From the NCBI GenBank assembly GCA_963805085.1, contig CAWDTA010000005.1, positions 224,001 to 288,000 of the forward strand: a stretch of 64,000 bases of DNA, given 5' to 3'. Shown in pieces: positions 1 through 14,916 of this stretch. The DNA is from an uncultured Veillonellaceae bacterium. GTDB lineage: Bacteria > Bacillota > Negativicutes > JARBTT01. The position numbers were made by a program, and so were the translations under genes. The notes below the pieces were generated by a model. It had not been told where the DNA came from. It was given only the letters and a program-made list of their open reading frames with translations, and did no database searches. The stretch's first letter is position 1, and each line of letters starts with the position of its first letter.

Positions 1-2
1 TT

Positions 3-581
3 TCTTCGGTTGTACCGCCACTGGTTGTACCGTTAACTAAAATGTGTAAACGTTATTTTAATATTGATCCTTTGGTTGTCGGTCCTGGCATCAAAACAGG
101 AATTCGTCTAAAATATGAAAATCCACGGGAAATCGGTGCTGATCGTATTGTAAATGCAGTTGGAGCTTATGAACGATTTGGCGGGCCTTTGATTATTATT
201 GACTTTGGGACAGCGACAACCTTTTGTGCCATTGCAGAAAATGGTGATTATTTGGGTGGGGCGATTGCCCCAGGAATTGGTATTTCCAGTGAAGCCTTAT
301 TCCAACGGGCTGCGAAGTTACCACGTATTGAATTGATAACACCAAAATCTGTGATTTGCCGCAATACAGTAGCGAGTATGCAATCTGGTATTATTTATGG
401 TTTTACTGGACAAGTCGATGAAATTGTTAGAAGAATGAAAGAAGAGCTTGGGCAAGAGGCAAAAGTGATTGCGACGGGCGGACTGGCCAACTTAATTGCT
501 AAAGAATCTAAGACGATTGATGTGGTGGAACATTTCTTAACTTTGGATGGTCTAAATATTTTATATAAACGTAATTCATGA
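3..581 (+). CDS. coaX: Type III pantothenate kinase (5' end outside window)
   Basis: Motifs [34 protein letters not shown]; frame is open from the window edge. Confidence 0.95.
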   Translation, partial: SSVVPPLVVPLTKMCKRYFNIDPLVVGPGIKTGIRLKYENPREIGADRIVNAVGAYERFGGPLIIIDFGTATTFCAIAENGDYLGGAIAPGIGISSEALFQRAAKLPRIELITPKSVICRNTVASMQSGIIYGFTGQVDEIVRRMKEELGQEAKVIATGGLANLIAKESKTIDVVEHFLTLDGLNILYKRNS

Positions 582-611
582 TTTCTTGTTAAAACGAATT
601 TACAGAGTGGG

Positions 612-640
612 TTGCATACCTACGCTTTTTTCGGTAAAAT
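612..640 (+). promoter_or_regulatory. Putative sigma-A promoter for dusB
   Basis: TTGCAT-17 bp-TAAAAT. Confidence 0.5.
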
Positions 641-713
641 AATAAAAATGTTGAAGGGCAGACCAATGTGTCTGCCTTTCGTTATCAATATCAATAAAGA
701 GGTGATTGAGTAG

Positions 714-1673
714 ATGAGAATAGGTAATGTTGAAATAGATGGAAAAGTTTTTTTAGCGCCAATGGCAGGGGTTACAGATTTGCCGTATCGTATTTTAGCC
801 CGTGAACTTGGCTGTAGCTTACTTTATTCAGAAATGATCAGTGATAAGGGAATCAATTATCGTAATTGTCATACGCTTGAAATGTTAAAAAGCGAAGAGC
901 GCGAACGACCACTGGCTTTGCAGTTATTCGGGGCTGAGCCAAATAGTATTGCTGAGGCTGCAAAATATGTCGACAATTTAGGCATTGCTGATATTATTGA
1001 TATCAATATGGGCTGTCCTGCACCGAAGGTAGTAAAGAATAATGAAGGTTCTGCCTTGATGAAAGATCCAAAACTTGCTGCAGAGATTATGAAAGCTGTC
1101 GTAAAAGCGGTGAATGTGCCAGTTACCGTAAAGATTCGCAAAGGGTGGGACGCAAAATCCGTCAATGTTGTCGAAATGGCGAAAATAGCAGAAGCATCAG
1201 GCATTGCTGCGATTGCAATTCATGGCAGAACGCGCGAAGAATATTATACAGGACATGCGGACTGGGATATCATTGCAGAAGTGAAGCAGCAGATTAATAT
1301 TCCTGTCATTGGTAATGGTGACATTCGCACCTGCCAGGATGCAAAGCGAATTTTTGAAAAGACGAATTGTGATGCAATTATGATTGGTCGAGCGGCGCAA
1401 GGAAATCCTTGGATTTTTAGAACGCTAAGACATTTTCTCAAGACAGGTGAGGAATTACCAGTACCAACGCTAGAAGAACGTAAAGAAATTATTCGTCGTC
1501 ATTTAGATATGTTGTTAGAATACAAAGATGATTACATTGGACCGCGGGAAATGAGAAAACATGCTACTTGGTATACAAAAGGATTGCCATATTCAGCAGA
1601 GCTTCGTTTAAAATTTAACCAGGCCGAATCAAGGGAAGACTTTTGGCAAATTTTAGATTCGATGAATGCGTAG
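714..1673 (+). CDS. dusB: tRNA-dihydrouridine synthase B
   Basis: LAPMAGVTD, DINMGCP, HGRT, GNGDI, MIGR motifs; coaX-dusB-greA-lysS synteny. Confidence 0.95.
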   Translation: MRIGNVEIDGKVFLAPMAGVTDLPYRILARELGCSLLYSEMISDKGINYRNCHTLEMLKSEERERPLALQLFGAEPNSIAEAAKYVDNLGIADIIDINMGCPAPKVVKNNEGSALMKDPKLAAEIMKAVVKAVNVPVTVKIRKGWDAKSVNVVEMAKIAEASGIAAIAIHGRTREEYYTGHADWDIIAEVKQQINIPVIGNGDIRTCQDAKRIFEKTNCDAIMIGRAAQGNPWIFRTLRHFLKTGEELPVPTLEERKEIIRRHLDMLLEYKDDYIGPREMRKHATWYTKGLPYSAELRLKFNQAESREDFWQILDSMNA

Positions 1674-1693
1674 TAAAATTAATTAATTTGGGT

Positions 1694-1739
1694 AAAATAG
1701 CTTCAACTTCAAATTTGAGTTGAAGCTATTTTTATTTTA
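1694..1739 (+). terminator. Intrinsic terminator after dusB
   Basis: AAAATAGCTTCAACT / AGTTGAAGCTATTTT inverted repeat plus T-tract. Confidence 0.75.
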
Positions 1740-1791
1740 TCTGGCACTTTGTAGAATGTTTTCATATTTACCGAAACGAGTTGATGAAAAA

Positions 1792-2700
1792 ATGAAACGC
1801 ATTGTTAGTATTAGTCTAGGTTCCTCTAAGCGAAATCATCAAGTCAATGTTTCCTTTGGCGATGAAACTTTTTTTTTAGAACGGGTTGGCACTGACGGTA
1901 ATAAAGCAAAAGCAATTGATTTATTGCATCGACTTTCTGGTAAAGTTGATGCATTTGGTCTGGGAGGAACAGATTTATACATATATGCGGGTGAAAAGCG
2001 ATATACATTTAGAGAATCAAAAGAATTTGTTAGAGCAGCAGGTTCAACACCGATCGTCGATGGTAGTGGGCTGAAAAATACATTAGAAAGACGTGTTGTT
2101 GAAAAATTACAAAAAGATAAAATTCTTGATTTTACGAATTTGCCAGTTCTATTAGTTTGTGGTGTTGATCGTTTTGGCATGGCAAGTGCATTGCACCAAT
2201 TAAAAAGTGATCTGGTATTTGGTGATTTATTATTTGGTTTAGGTGTGCCAATTGCGATACGAAATATTGCATATTTAAATAAGTTTGCCCATGTATTGGC
2301 ACCGATCATTACCAAGTTTCCGATTCGATATTTTTATCCAATCGGTAAAAAGCAAGAAGAAAGTAAACCAAGGTTTTCCGTCTATTTTAATCAAGCCAAA
2401 GTAATCGCTGGAGATTTTCATTTTATTAAGCGGTATATGCCAAAAAACATAGTCCAAAAGATTATTTTAACCAATACGGTAACTTCAGATGATAAAACGC
2501 TACTTTGCAAAGCTGGGGCTCAGATGCTTATCACGACGACACCAGAATTTGAGGGGCGGTCTTTTGGTACAAATATGATGGAAGCGATGCTTGTAGCAAG
2601 TAAAAATATAAATAAAAAAATGTTAACTTCAAAAGACTATGACCAGCTATTAAATGAATTTGATATGCAACCTCATATAGAATATTTCAATAAAAAGTAG
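1792..2700 (+). CDS. Conserved uncharacterised protein (family often auto-labelled quinate 5-dehydrogenase), partner of the downstream reductase
   Basis: Long ORF with likely start MKRIVSISLGSS at 1792; motifs RVGTDG, VDAFGLGG, PIVDGSGLKNTLE, GRSFGTNMMEA; function not assignable. Confidence 0.7.
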   Translation: MKRIVSISLGSSKRNHQVNVSFGDETFFLERVGTDGNKAKAIDLLHRLSGKVDAFGLGGTDLYIYAGEKRYTFRESKEFVRAAGSTPIVDGSGLKNTLERRVVEKLQKDKILDFTNLPVLLVCGVDRFGMASALHQLKSDLVFGDLLFGLGVPIAIRNIAYLNKFAHVLAPIITKFPIRYFYPIGKKQEESKPRFSVYFNQAKVIAGDFHFIKRYMPKNIVQKIILTNTVTSDDKTLLCKAGAQMLITTTPEFEGRSFGTNMMEAMLVASKNINKKMLTSKDYDQLLNEFDMQPHIEYFNKK

Positions 2701-2738
2701 AAAAGATAGTTTTACTTTGATTTTGAGGGGATGGTTAT

Positions 2739-3830
2739 ATGGAAAAATTTGCTTTTGTTTTACATCCATTGGAGACGATGGATTTTGCCCGTAAATATTC
2801 TATTGCCAAGAAGGTATCGCCAACTATACTAGAAGGTATCTTAAAATATATTCCACCAATAAAAGTTTCTCATATTTCAGGCATAACGTCACCTTATAAT
2901 GAAGCTGAAGGATGGTTTGTTGCCTGCCCGTTAACATCCAAGCAGATGATTACTTTATCAGAAGATTACGTGCTTAATAAAATTATCAAAACAGGAAGAC
3001 TTGCTGAAAAATTGGGAGCAAAAATTTTGGGCTTGGGAGCATTTACTTCAGTTGTTGGTGATGCTGGAATCACGATTGCAAAGAATCTGCAGATTCCTGT
3101 GACAACAGGTAACAGTTATACAGTTGCTACTGCAATAGCAGGAACGAAAAAAGCAGCAAGTATCATGGGGCTAGAAATGAAAAAAGCAAATGTGGTTATC
3201 TTGGGAGCTACAGGCTCAATTGGCGCAGCTTGTGCGCAAATTCTCGCTAGTGAAGTCAAGTATTTAACATTAGTAGCTCGCGATGAACTCAAGCTTGAAA
3301 AAGTTGCTAAGAAAATTTATGCTGATTTTGGTTTATCCGTGCGAATTACGAATCATAGTAAAGTGGCGTTACGTTCAGCAGATATCGTAATCGCAGTTAC
3401 AAGTGCGTTAGATAGTATCGTTGAAGTTGAAGATTTAAAAGTAGGTGCGATTGTTTGTGATGTTGCCAGACCGAGAAATGTCTCGCGAAAAGTTGCCCAG
3501 TTACGAGATGATATTTTAGTGATCGAAGGTGGCGTAGTAGAAGTGCCAGGAGATGTAAATTTTGGCTTTTCCTTTGGCTTTCCCGAAAAAATGGCGTATG
3601 CTTGTATGGCGGAGACGATGATTTTAGCATTGGAAGGGCGCTATGAAAGCTTTACATTGGGTAGGGAGCTGACTGTAAAACAAATTGAAGTGATGAGTCA
3701 ATTGGCTGATAAACATGGTTTTCGCCTGGCTGGATTAAGAAGTTTTGAGCGTGCGATTACCGCAGAAGAAATAAATCAAATTAAAAGCAATGTAGCGCAA
3801 AATGGCAAGGTAAGAAAGGATGCCGGTTAA
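2739..3830 (+). CDS. Acyl-ACP reductase (AAR)-like NAD(P)-dependent oxidoreductase (COG5322-type; often labelled shikimate dehydrogenase)
   Basis: LGAFTS, TTGNSYT, Rossmann GATGSIG, GGVVE, YACMAE, FTLGR, KHGF; colinear with recalled cyanobacterial AAR motifs. Confidence 0.75.
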   Translation: MEKFAFVLHPLETMDFARKYSIAKKVSPTILEGILKYIPPIKVSHISGITSPYNEAEGWFVACPLTSKQMITLSEDYVLNKIIKTGRLAEKLGAKILGLGAFTSVVGDAGITIAKNLQIPVTTGNSYTVATAIAGTKKAASIMGLEMKKANVVILGATGSIGAACAQILASEVKYLTLVARDELKLEKVAKKIYADFGLSVRITNHSKVALRSADIVIAVTSALDSIVEVEDLKVGAIVCDVARPRNVSRKVAQLRDDILVIEGGVVEVPGDVNFGFSFGFPEKMAYACMAETMILALEGRYESFTLGRELTVKQIEVMSQLADKHGFRLAGLRSFERAITAEEINQIKSNVAQNGKVRKDAG

Positions 3831-3842
3831 GATTAGAATTAA

Positions 3843-3871
3843 TTGACAAAAAGATTAAAAAAACATATAAT
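3843..3871 (+). promoter_or_regulatory. Sigma-A promoter for greA-lysS
   Basis: Perfect TTGACA-17 bp-TATAAT. Confidence 0.85.
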
Positions 3872-4028
3872 GTTGAATAATTGGTAGGGTTGATATGACT
3901 TAAAGTGTCAAGTTATACTTGGCACTATTTATATTGCCGTAGCAGATTGTTTTTGAAATTGTATTTATTATTACTCTATTATGAATCGTCATATAACAAA
4001 GACTAAGAGTAAAAAGGAGCGCATATAA

Positions 4029-4505
4029 ATGGCTGAGAAGCAAGTAATGCTAACTGTAGAAGGACTTAAAAAGTTAGAAGAAAAACTTGAGCATTTAAAA
4101 ACAGTACGTAGAGGTGCTGTGGCTGAACGCATCAAACAGGCAATTGATTTTGGTGATATTAGTGAAAACTCTGAGTACGAAGATGCAAAAAATGAACAAG
4201 CATTTATTGAAGGGGAAATCATGACCCTTGAAAAAATGCTTCGTAATAGTCAGATCATTGAAGATGGTGCTGATAATGAAACAGTTCATTTAGGATGTAT
4301 TGTTATTATTAAAGATATGGAATTCGATGAAGACCTTAAATATACTATTGTTGGTTCGGCAGAAGCGGATCCTACAGAATTTAAAATATCAAACGAATCG
4401 CCTGTAGGGCAAGCGATTATTGGTCAAAGAGTTGGTAGTATTGTAGAAGTTCATGTACCAGCTGGTGTTTTAAAATATAAAATATTGGAAATTAGACACG
4501 CGTAA
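4029..4505 (+). CDS. greA: Transcription elongation factor GreA
   Basis: [21 protein letters not shown] motifs; AAGGAG RBS. Confidence 0.97.
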   Translation: MAEKQVMLTVEGLKKLEEKLEHLKTVRRGAVAERIKQAIDFGDISENSEYEDAKNEQAFIEGEIMTLEKMLRNSQIIEDGADNETVHLGCIVIIKDMEFDEDLKYTIVGSAEADPTEFKISNESPVGQAIIGQRVGSIVEVHVPAGVLKYKILEIRHA

Positions 4506-4587
4506 TCGTAATAGAGTGTAATTACTGATAGAAAATTTACGTTGTATTAGGTTAGGCTAGATGTAAGCGCTAGAGGAGAATGGTTAA

Positions 4588-6078
<1,491 letters not shown>

Positions 6079-6166
6079 TCTGATATAACGCCTAATCAAT
6101 TAGCGCTATAGAATTTACTTTTTTAATAGGTAATTTTTTATTACCATATAAAGATAATTACATTAG

Positions 6167-6210
6167 ATACTGTTCATGAGTTAGTGAAGCTCTTGGACAG
6201 TATTTTTTTT
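6167..6210 (+). terminator. Intrinsic terminator after lysS
   Basis: ATACTGTTCA..TGGACAGTAT stem followed by a long T run. Confidence 0.7.
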
Positions 6211-6367
6211 ATCTTTTTTGCTGGGAAAATAAATTAGTTTTCTTACGATATCATTTATACAAAAAAGTAAAAATCACTATATTGATCAATTCTTTTCGTT
6301 ACCATGCGACAACATGTATAATATTATTTCTATTTAGAGATAATAGAAATGAAAAGGAGGGATACAT

Positions 6368-6628
6368 TTGAGTAATATAATTTGGACATTAATTATCGGA
6401 GCAATAGCAGGCTGGCTGGCAGGTAAAGTCGTAAAAGGACATGGATTCGGCATATGGGTAGATGCGATTCTCGGGATCGTTGGTGCTTTTATTGGTAACT
6501 TTATACTCGGCATGTTTGGAATTGCAACTTTTGGGCTTATTGGAAGCCTAATAGCAAGTTTTGTCGGGGCAATGGTTCTTGTTTTGGTAATTAGTATGTT
6601 TTCCGGTAAAGAAAGTAACGCTCATTGA
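6368..6628 (+). CDS. GlsB/YeaQ/YmgE family (transglycosylase-associated) membrane protein
   Basis: IIGAIAGWLAG..ILGIVGAFIG glycine-rich TM pattern; AAGGAGG RBS, TTG start. Confidence 0.9.
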   Translation: MSNIIWTLIIGAIAGWLAGKVVKGHGFGIWVDAILGIVGAFIGNFILGMFGIATFGLIGSLIASFVGAMVLVLVISMFSGKESNAH

Positions 6629-6707
6629 TTTTAATTTATCCACTATGAAATTATAAATACTAGCGTTCTATAGGCAATATCATGAAAGTAATATTGCAGT
6701 ATTAAAT

Positions 6708-6750
6708 AAACTACTACTAAATACGTTGACGCGTAATTAGTAGTAGTTTT
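6708..6750 (+). terminator. Terminator-like hairpin
   Basis: AAACTACTACTAA / TTAGTAGTAGTTT 13-bp inverted repeat. Confidence 0.6.
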
Positions 6751-6792
6751 ATTAATGTAATAAATGATACATACAAAATAATAAAAATGAAA

Positions 6793-6978
6793 AAACAGAT
6801 GACTTAGAACGAAAATAACAAGTCGGCAAGAGACGAATCTCGGGGCGGTACTAATTACGAGACCGCAATGAAGGCTAAACTCCCTTCGGTCAAACGTAAA
6901 GCCTTCAAAGCTATGATTTAGTTAAGATTCGTCTATGTTGCCTTTGTTGTGACATTTTCTTATGCAAATCATTTGTTT
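6793..6978. other. Unassigned ~186-nt highly structured element (candidate ncRNA or MITE-like repeat)
   Basis: Nested pairings AAACAGATGA/TCATTTGTTT, GAAAAT/ATTTTC, GGCAA/TTGCC, AGACGAATCT/AGATTCGTCT, enclosing hairpins GCGGT/ACCGC and TGAAGGCT/AGCCTTCA. Confidence 0.55.
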
Positions 6979-7132
6979 GCGTTTAAAGGGAACGAATGAG
7001 TGGGTTCGTTTCAGCGGACTGAAACGTCACTGAAAGTTGTCTAGACTATTTAATCTAAGAGGAGTTTTCATTATAGGATAAGATAAAGTTTAATCCGTTA
7101 CAAGTATTTAAAAACTATTTTCAAAAACCATA

Positions 7133-7161
7133 TTGACATAACAAAACAAACAGTGTAATAT
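7133..7161 (+). promoter_or_regulatory. rrn P1 promoter
   Basis: TTGACA-17 bp-TAATAT with A/T-rich upstream element. Confidence 0.75.
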
Positions 7162-7231
7162 AATACAAGTCGCCAACGAGATATGCGGACGACAAACGAA
7201 ACTCTTCTTAAAAAAGAATTTCAAAAATGTG

Positions 7232-7261
7232 TTGACAACAACTTGAACGTTGTGTTAATAT
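7232..7261 (+). promoter_or_regulatory. rrn P2 promoter
   Basis: TTGACA-18 bp-TAATAT; boxA/processing-stalk motif TGTTCTCTGAAAACTAAAC downstream at ~7293. Confidence 0.7.
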
Positions 7262-7471
7262 AAATGAGCTGACAACGCAAGACGTTAGCAAGTGTTCTCT
7301 GAAAACTAAACAATGTAGAAAAAATTAATGCCAGATGTGCACTGCACAGTTCTTCGTGAACTGTCAGTACTAGCAGCAGAGATGCTGCGTCGCGGTTCTT
7401 GAATCGCGAGTCAATTTCTTTATTATAAAGAAACAAAGAATTTAAAGAGCCTTTTAGGCTTTCTAATAAAT

Positions 7472-9146
<1,675 letters not shown>

Positions 9147-9623
9147 AGATATGAAGGTTTAAATGTACTTTCGTAATCCGAGGTCGACACATCTAATTAA
9201 TTCATTTACATTGTTTAGTTTTGAGGGAATACGAAAGTATGAACTCAAAAAAAGTGAAAAGTAGAGGTTCCTTACTAACGTGCGGAACTAAGCGATTCAC
9301 GAAAAAGCAGAAGCTTTTTGTTCTCTGCTTATGTTCTTTGAAAACTACACAGAAGAAAATAAAATGTATTTTAAGTTTTAAAGTACCTCTCAGAAGTGAG
9401 AGTAAATTAACGAGCATTTTAGGATTCAAAAAGATTAAATTAAGCATTTAAGTATAACTTAATGGCTATTTGATTTTAGTACAAAACTAGAACAGACTAG
9501 AAATGTACAGTTGCAAGGCGCACCGCAGGGAAAAGCGCGAGTCGTAATGAAAATTACGTCGAGTGATTTTACCGAGGAGCAACGAAGCAAATGTGCGTTT
9601 ATAGACGTGTTCGAAGAGTACGA

Positions 9624-12560
<2,937 letters not shown>

Positions 12561-12668
12561 AAAAAAGCCAGACATGCAAGCATGTCTAGATAAATAAAAG
12601 ATAACTAAAATGCAAAGAATACAATAATAAAACTTCTGTTTAGTTTTCAGAGAATATCTCTGAAAAGA

Positions 12669-12784
12669 TCTGGTGATGATAGCTATAGGGTACCACCTGT
12701 TCCCATACCGAACACAGTAGTTAAGCCTATACACGCCAATGATACTTGGGTGGAAACGCCCTGGGAAAGTAGGTAGTTGCCAGT
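12669..12784 (+). rRNA. rrf: 5S rRNA copy 1
   Basis: CCACCTGTTCCCATACCGAACACAGTAGTTAAG core; terminal helix CTGG/CCAG. Confidence 0.95.
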
Positions 12785-12788
12785 TAAA

Positions 12789-12904
12789 TCCAGTGATGAT
12801 ACCTAAGTGGTTCCACCTGTTCTCATACCGAACACAGTAGTTAAGCACTTAAAGGTCGAAAGTACTTGGGTGGAAACGCCCTGGGAGGATAGAAAGTTGC
12901 TGGT
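12789..12904 (+). rRNA. rrf: 5S rRNA copy 2 (divergent type)
   Basis: CCACCTGTTCTCATACCGAACACAGTAGTTAAG core; terminal helix CCAG/CTGG. Confidence 0.93.
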
Positions 12905-12945
12905 TAAAAAGCCAATCGAATAGTTTCGCTTGGCTTTTCTCATAT

Positions 12946-13022
12946 GGTGGCTGTGGTGAAGTGGTTAACACGCCGGATTGTGGCTCCGGTACTCGAGGGT
13001 TCGATCCCCTTCAGTCACCCCA
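12946..13022 (+). tRNA. tRNA-His(GTG)
   Basis: Cloverleaf, anticodon arm CCGGA-TT GTG GC-TCCGG, G-1, encoded CCA. Confidence 0.95.
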
Positions 13023-13033
13023 TTTTATTTTAC

Positions 13034-13109
13034 AGGGGTATAGCTCAATTGGTAGAGTAGTGGTCTCCAAAACCATTGGTTGAGGGTTCAAGTCCTTCTG
13101 CCCCTGCCA
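13034..13109 (+). tRNA. tRNA-Trp(CCA)
   Basis: Anticodon arm GTGGT-CT CCA AA-ACCAT, TTCAA T-loop, encoded CCA. Confidence 0.95.
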
Positions 13110-13137
13110 ACTTTATATTGAAATATTTATTAAGCAC

Positions 13138-13226
13138 GGAGTGGTACTCAAGAGGCTCAAGAGGACGGTTTGCTAAATCGTTAGGTGGGTAACCATGCGT
13201 GGGTTCGAACCCCACCCACTCCGCCA
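13138..13226 (+). tRNA. tRNA-Ser(GCT)
   Basis: Anticodon arm ACGGT-TT GCT AA-ATCGT, long variable arm, encoded CCA. Confidence 0.95.
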
Positions 13227-13238
13227 TTTTAAGAATTT

Positions 13239-13270
13239 ACGGTAACTGATAATATTCAGTTACCGTTTTT
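13239..13270 (+). terminator. Terminator of rRNA-tRNA operon
   Basis: ACGGTAACTGA/TCAGTTACCGT stem plus T-tract. Confidence 0.85.
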
Positions 13271-13381
13271 GTATTTGCGATATTTTATAAATATAAGCAA
13301 TTTAAATGGTTAGCAATTTCTTTTATTATAAAGTAATTGATGAGTTTTACTTAAAATTTAAGCGAATTTAGTAATTTAATA

Positions 13382-13471
13382 TTGTATATTCCCTGTGATC
13401 TGTTATAATGTAGTTATATTAAAAGTTGCAATGACGCACTTATCGATTTTTTGTCGATAGGTGTTTTTTTT
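13382..13471 (+). promoter_or_regulatory. Promoter plus short leader with attenuator-like terminator
   Basis: TTGTAT-16 bp-TATAAT with extended -10 TG; then GCACTTATCGA/TCGATAGGTGT stem and long T run upstream of the CDS. Confidence 0.55.
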
Positions 13472-13547
13472 CAGCTGAAAAAGTTAGGTTATTTTATAGG
13501 ATACCCAAAATATAATATAGAATCATAGTGATGAGAGGTTGATAAAT

Positions 13548-14558
13548 ATGGAAAAAGATACATTTGTAAAAATAGCAGAATCCATTGATAATTTGATGTG
13601 TACAGATATGGCGTCAAGAGGAATTATTACTCATTTATATGATGCCGCAAGAGCATTAGTAGCAGCGCCTCTTAGTTATACAGTAGCGAAAGCTTGTTTA
13701 GATAAATTAGAACCAATGGATAAGGTGATTATCGTGACTGGCTGGATTGATCAGCCATTGGTATCACCTGATCGTGGTGAATCAGATGGCCCCGCTGGTG
13801 CTGTTGCTTTGGCAAGGGCATTAAACGTAGCTTGCAAAGCATGCCCGATTATTATGGTAGATGAATGTTTAGTAGAATCGATGAAGGAAGTGGCACGTGC
13901 TTCAGGCTTTGAATGTGTGCCAGTAGAAAATCTTGAAAACTCAATCAAACTAAATCGCCTTAGAACATTATCGGTAGTTGGTTTCCCTCGTGGGCATGAA
14001 GCAGGAAAAGACTTTGGGAAAGAAGCTTTAGAAAAATATCAACCTAGGATGTGTATGTCTATCGAACGTGGTGGTATCAATGAAAAAGGCGTCATTCACA
14101 ATATGTTAGGCGCTGATACTGGCATAGAGCAAGCATTCATGGATTATATGTTTAATGATGCGCGTGAAAAGGGTATTTTTACAGTCGCTATCGGCGATGG
14201 TGGTAATGAACTTGGTATGGGGAATATCAAGGCTGCGGTACAAAAAGGAGTTCCTAATGGATTCAAATGTCAATGCCCATGCTGTTCAGGTATCGCAGTT
14301 GCCACAAAAGTTGATCTATTATTGGCATCTTCTATTTCCAATTGGGGCGCCTATGGGATTGCTACGATGATGGCAGCAATGAGTGGTAAATCTATAGCAC
14401 TCCAAACACCAGCAGAGGAAATACGTATTCTAGAAGCTTCAGCTAGAGCTGGCTTCCATGATGGCATGTTTGGCTGTTTAGGCACTAGTGTAGATGGCTG
14501 CCCAGCAGAATCTCATGTTTCAATCATTACCTTGATGCGTCAAGTCGCTAAGCTATAA
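13548..14558 (+). CDS. D-glutamate cyclase-like protein (DUF4392 family)
   Basis: ESDGPAGAVALARAL, AIGDGGNELGMGNI, SNWGAYG motifs; ATG at 13548 after GAGAGG. Confidence 0.8.
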   Translation: MEKDTFVKIAESIDNLMCTDMASRGIITHLYDAARALVAAPLSYTVAKACLDKLEPMDKVIIVTGWIDQPLVSPDRGESDGPAGAVALARALNVACKACPIIMVDECLVESMKEVARASGFECVPVENLENSIKLNRLRTLSVVGFPRGHEAGKDFGKEALEKYQPRMCMSIERGGINEKGVIHNMLGADTGIEQAFMDYMFNDAREKGIFTVAIGDGGNELGMGNIKAAVQKGVPNGFKCQCPCCSGIAVATKVDLLLASSISNWGAYGIATMMAAMSGKSIALQTPAEEIRILEASARAGFHDGMFGCLGTSVDGCPAESHVSIITLMRQVAKL

Positions 14559-14916
14559 TTATTAGGCAGACAATCGTTTTATTTACGAGAGATACTGAAG
14601 GTAACGAATATGAGTGATGATGCATTTGTGGTCGCTACCTTCTTTAATTGTTCCTAGATATAGAGAGTGCTATCTAACTTAGCAAGAAATCATTCATTTT
14701 GCCAAAGATTACTGCAATTTGTTGTACTAAATGATTAAATTTTTTAGCTAAAATGAAATTTTTTTATAAATATGACAAATAATAATGTTTATAATCAATA
14801 AATGTGGTAAAATAATTCGGTAAAGTAAGTTTTTATTCTACATTAGTTCATGACTAGTGAAAAGGTTATGAGCTTTTTTGTTGCTAAAATTAATAAATTT
14901 AGGGGAGGATTAAAAA

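Noticed and set aside
6793-6978. Assignment as 6S, SRP, RNase P or tmRNA
   Set aside because: Signature motifs not found; the apex is branched rather than a 6S-type central bubble; left unassigned
13138-13330. tRNA-Ser as integration site of an island
   Set aside because: No integrase and no duplicated tRNA 3' end seen in the window
14770-14860. Purine riboswitch upstream of the NCS2 permease
   Set aside because: Fragments TATAAT, TCTAC and GACTA occur, but spacing and P2/P3 stems do not fit the consensus
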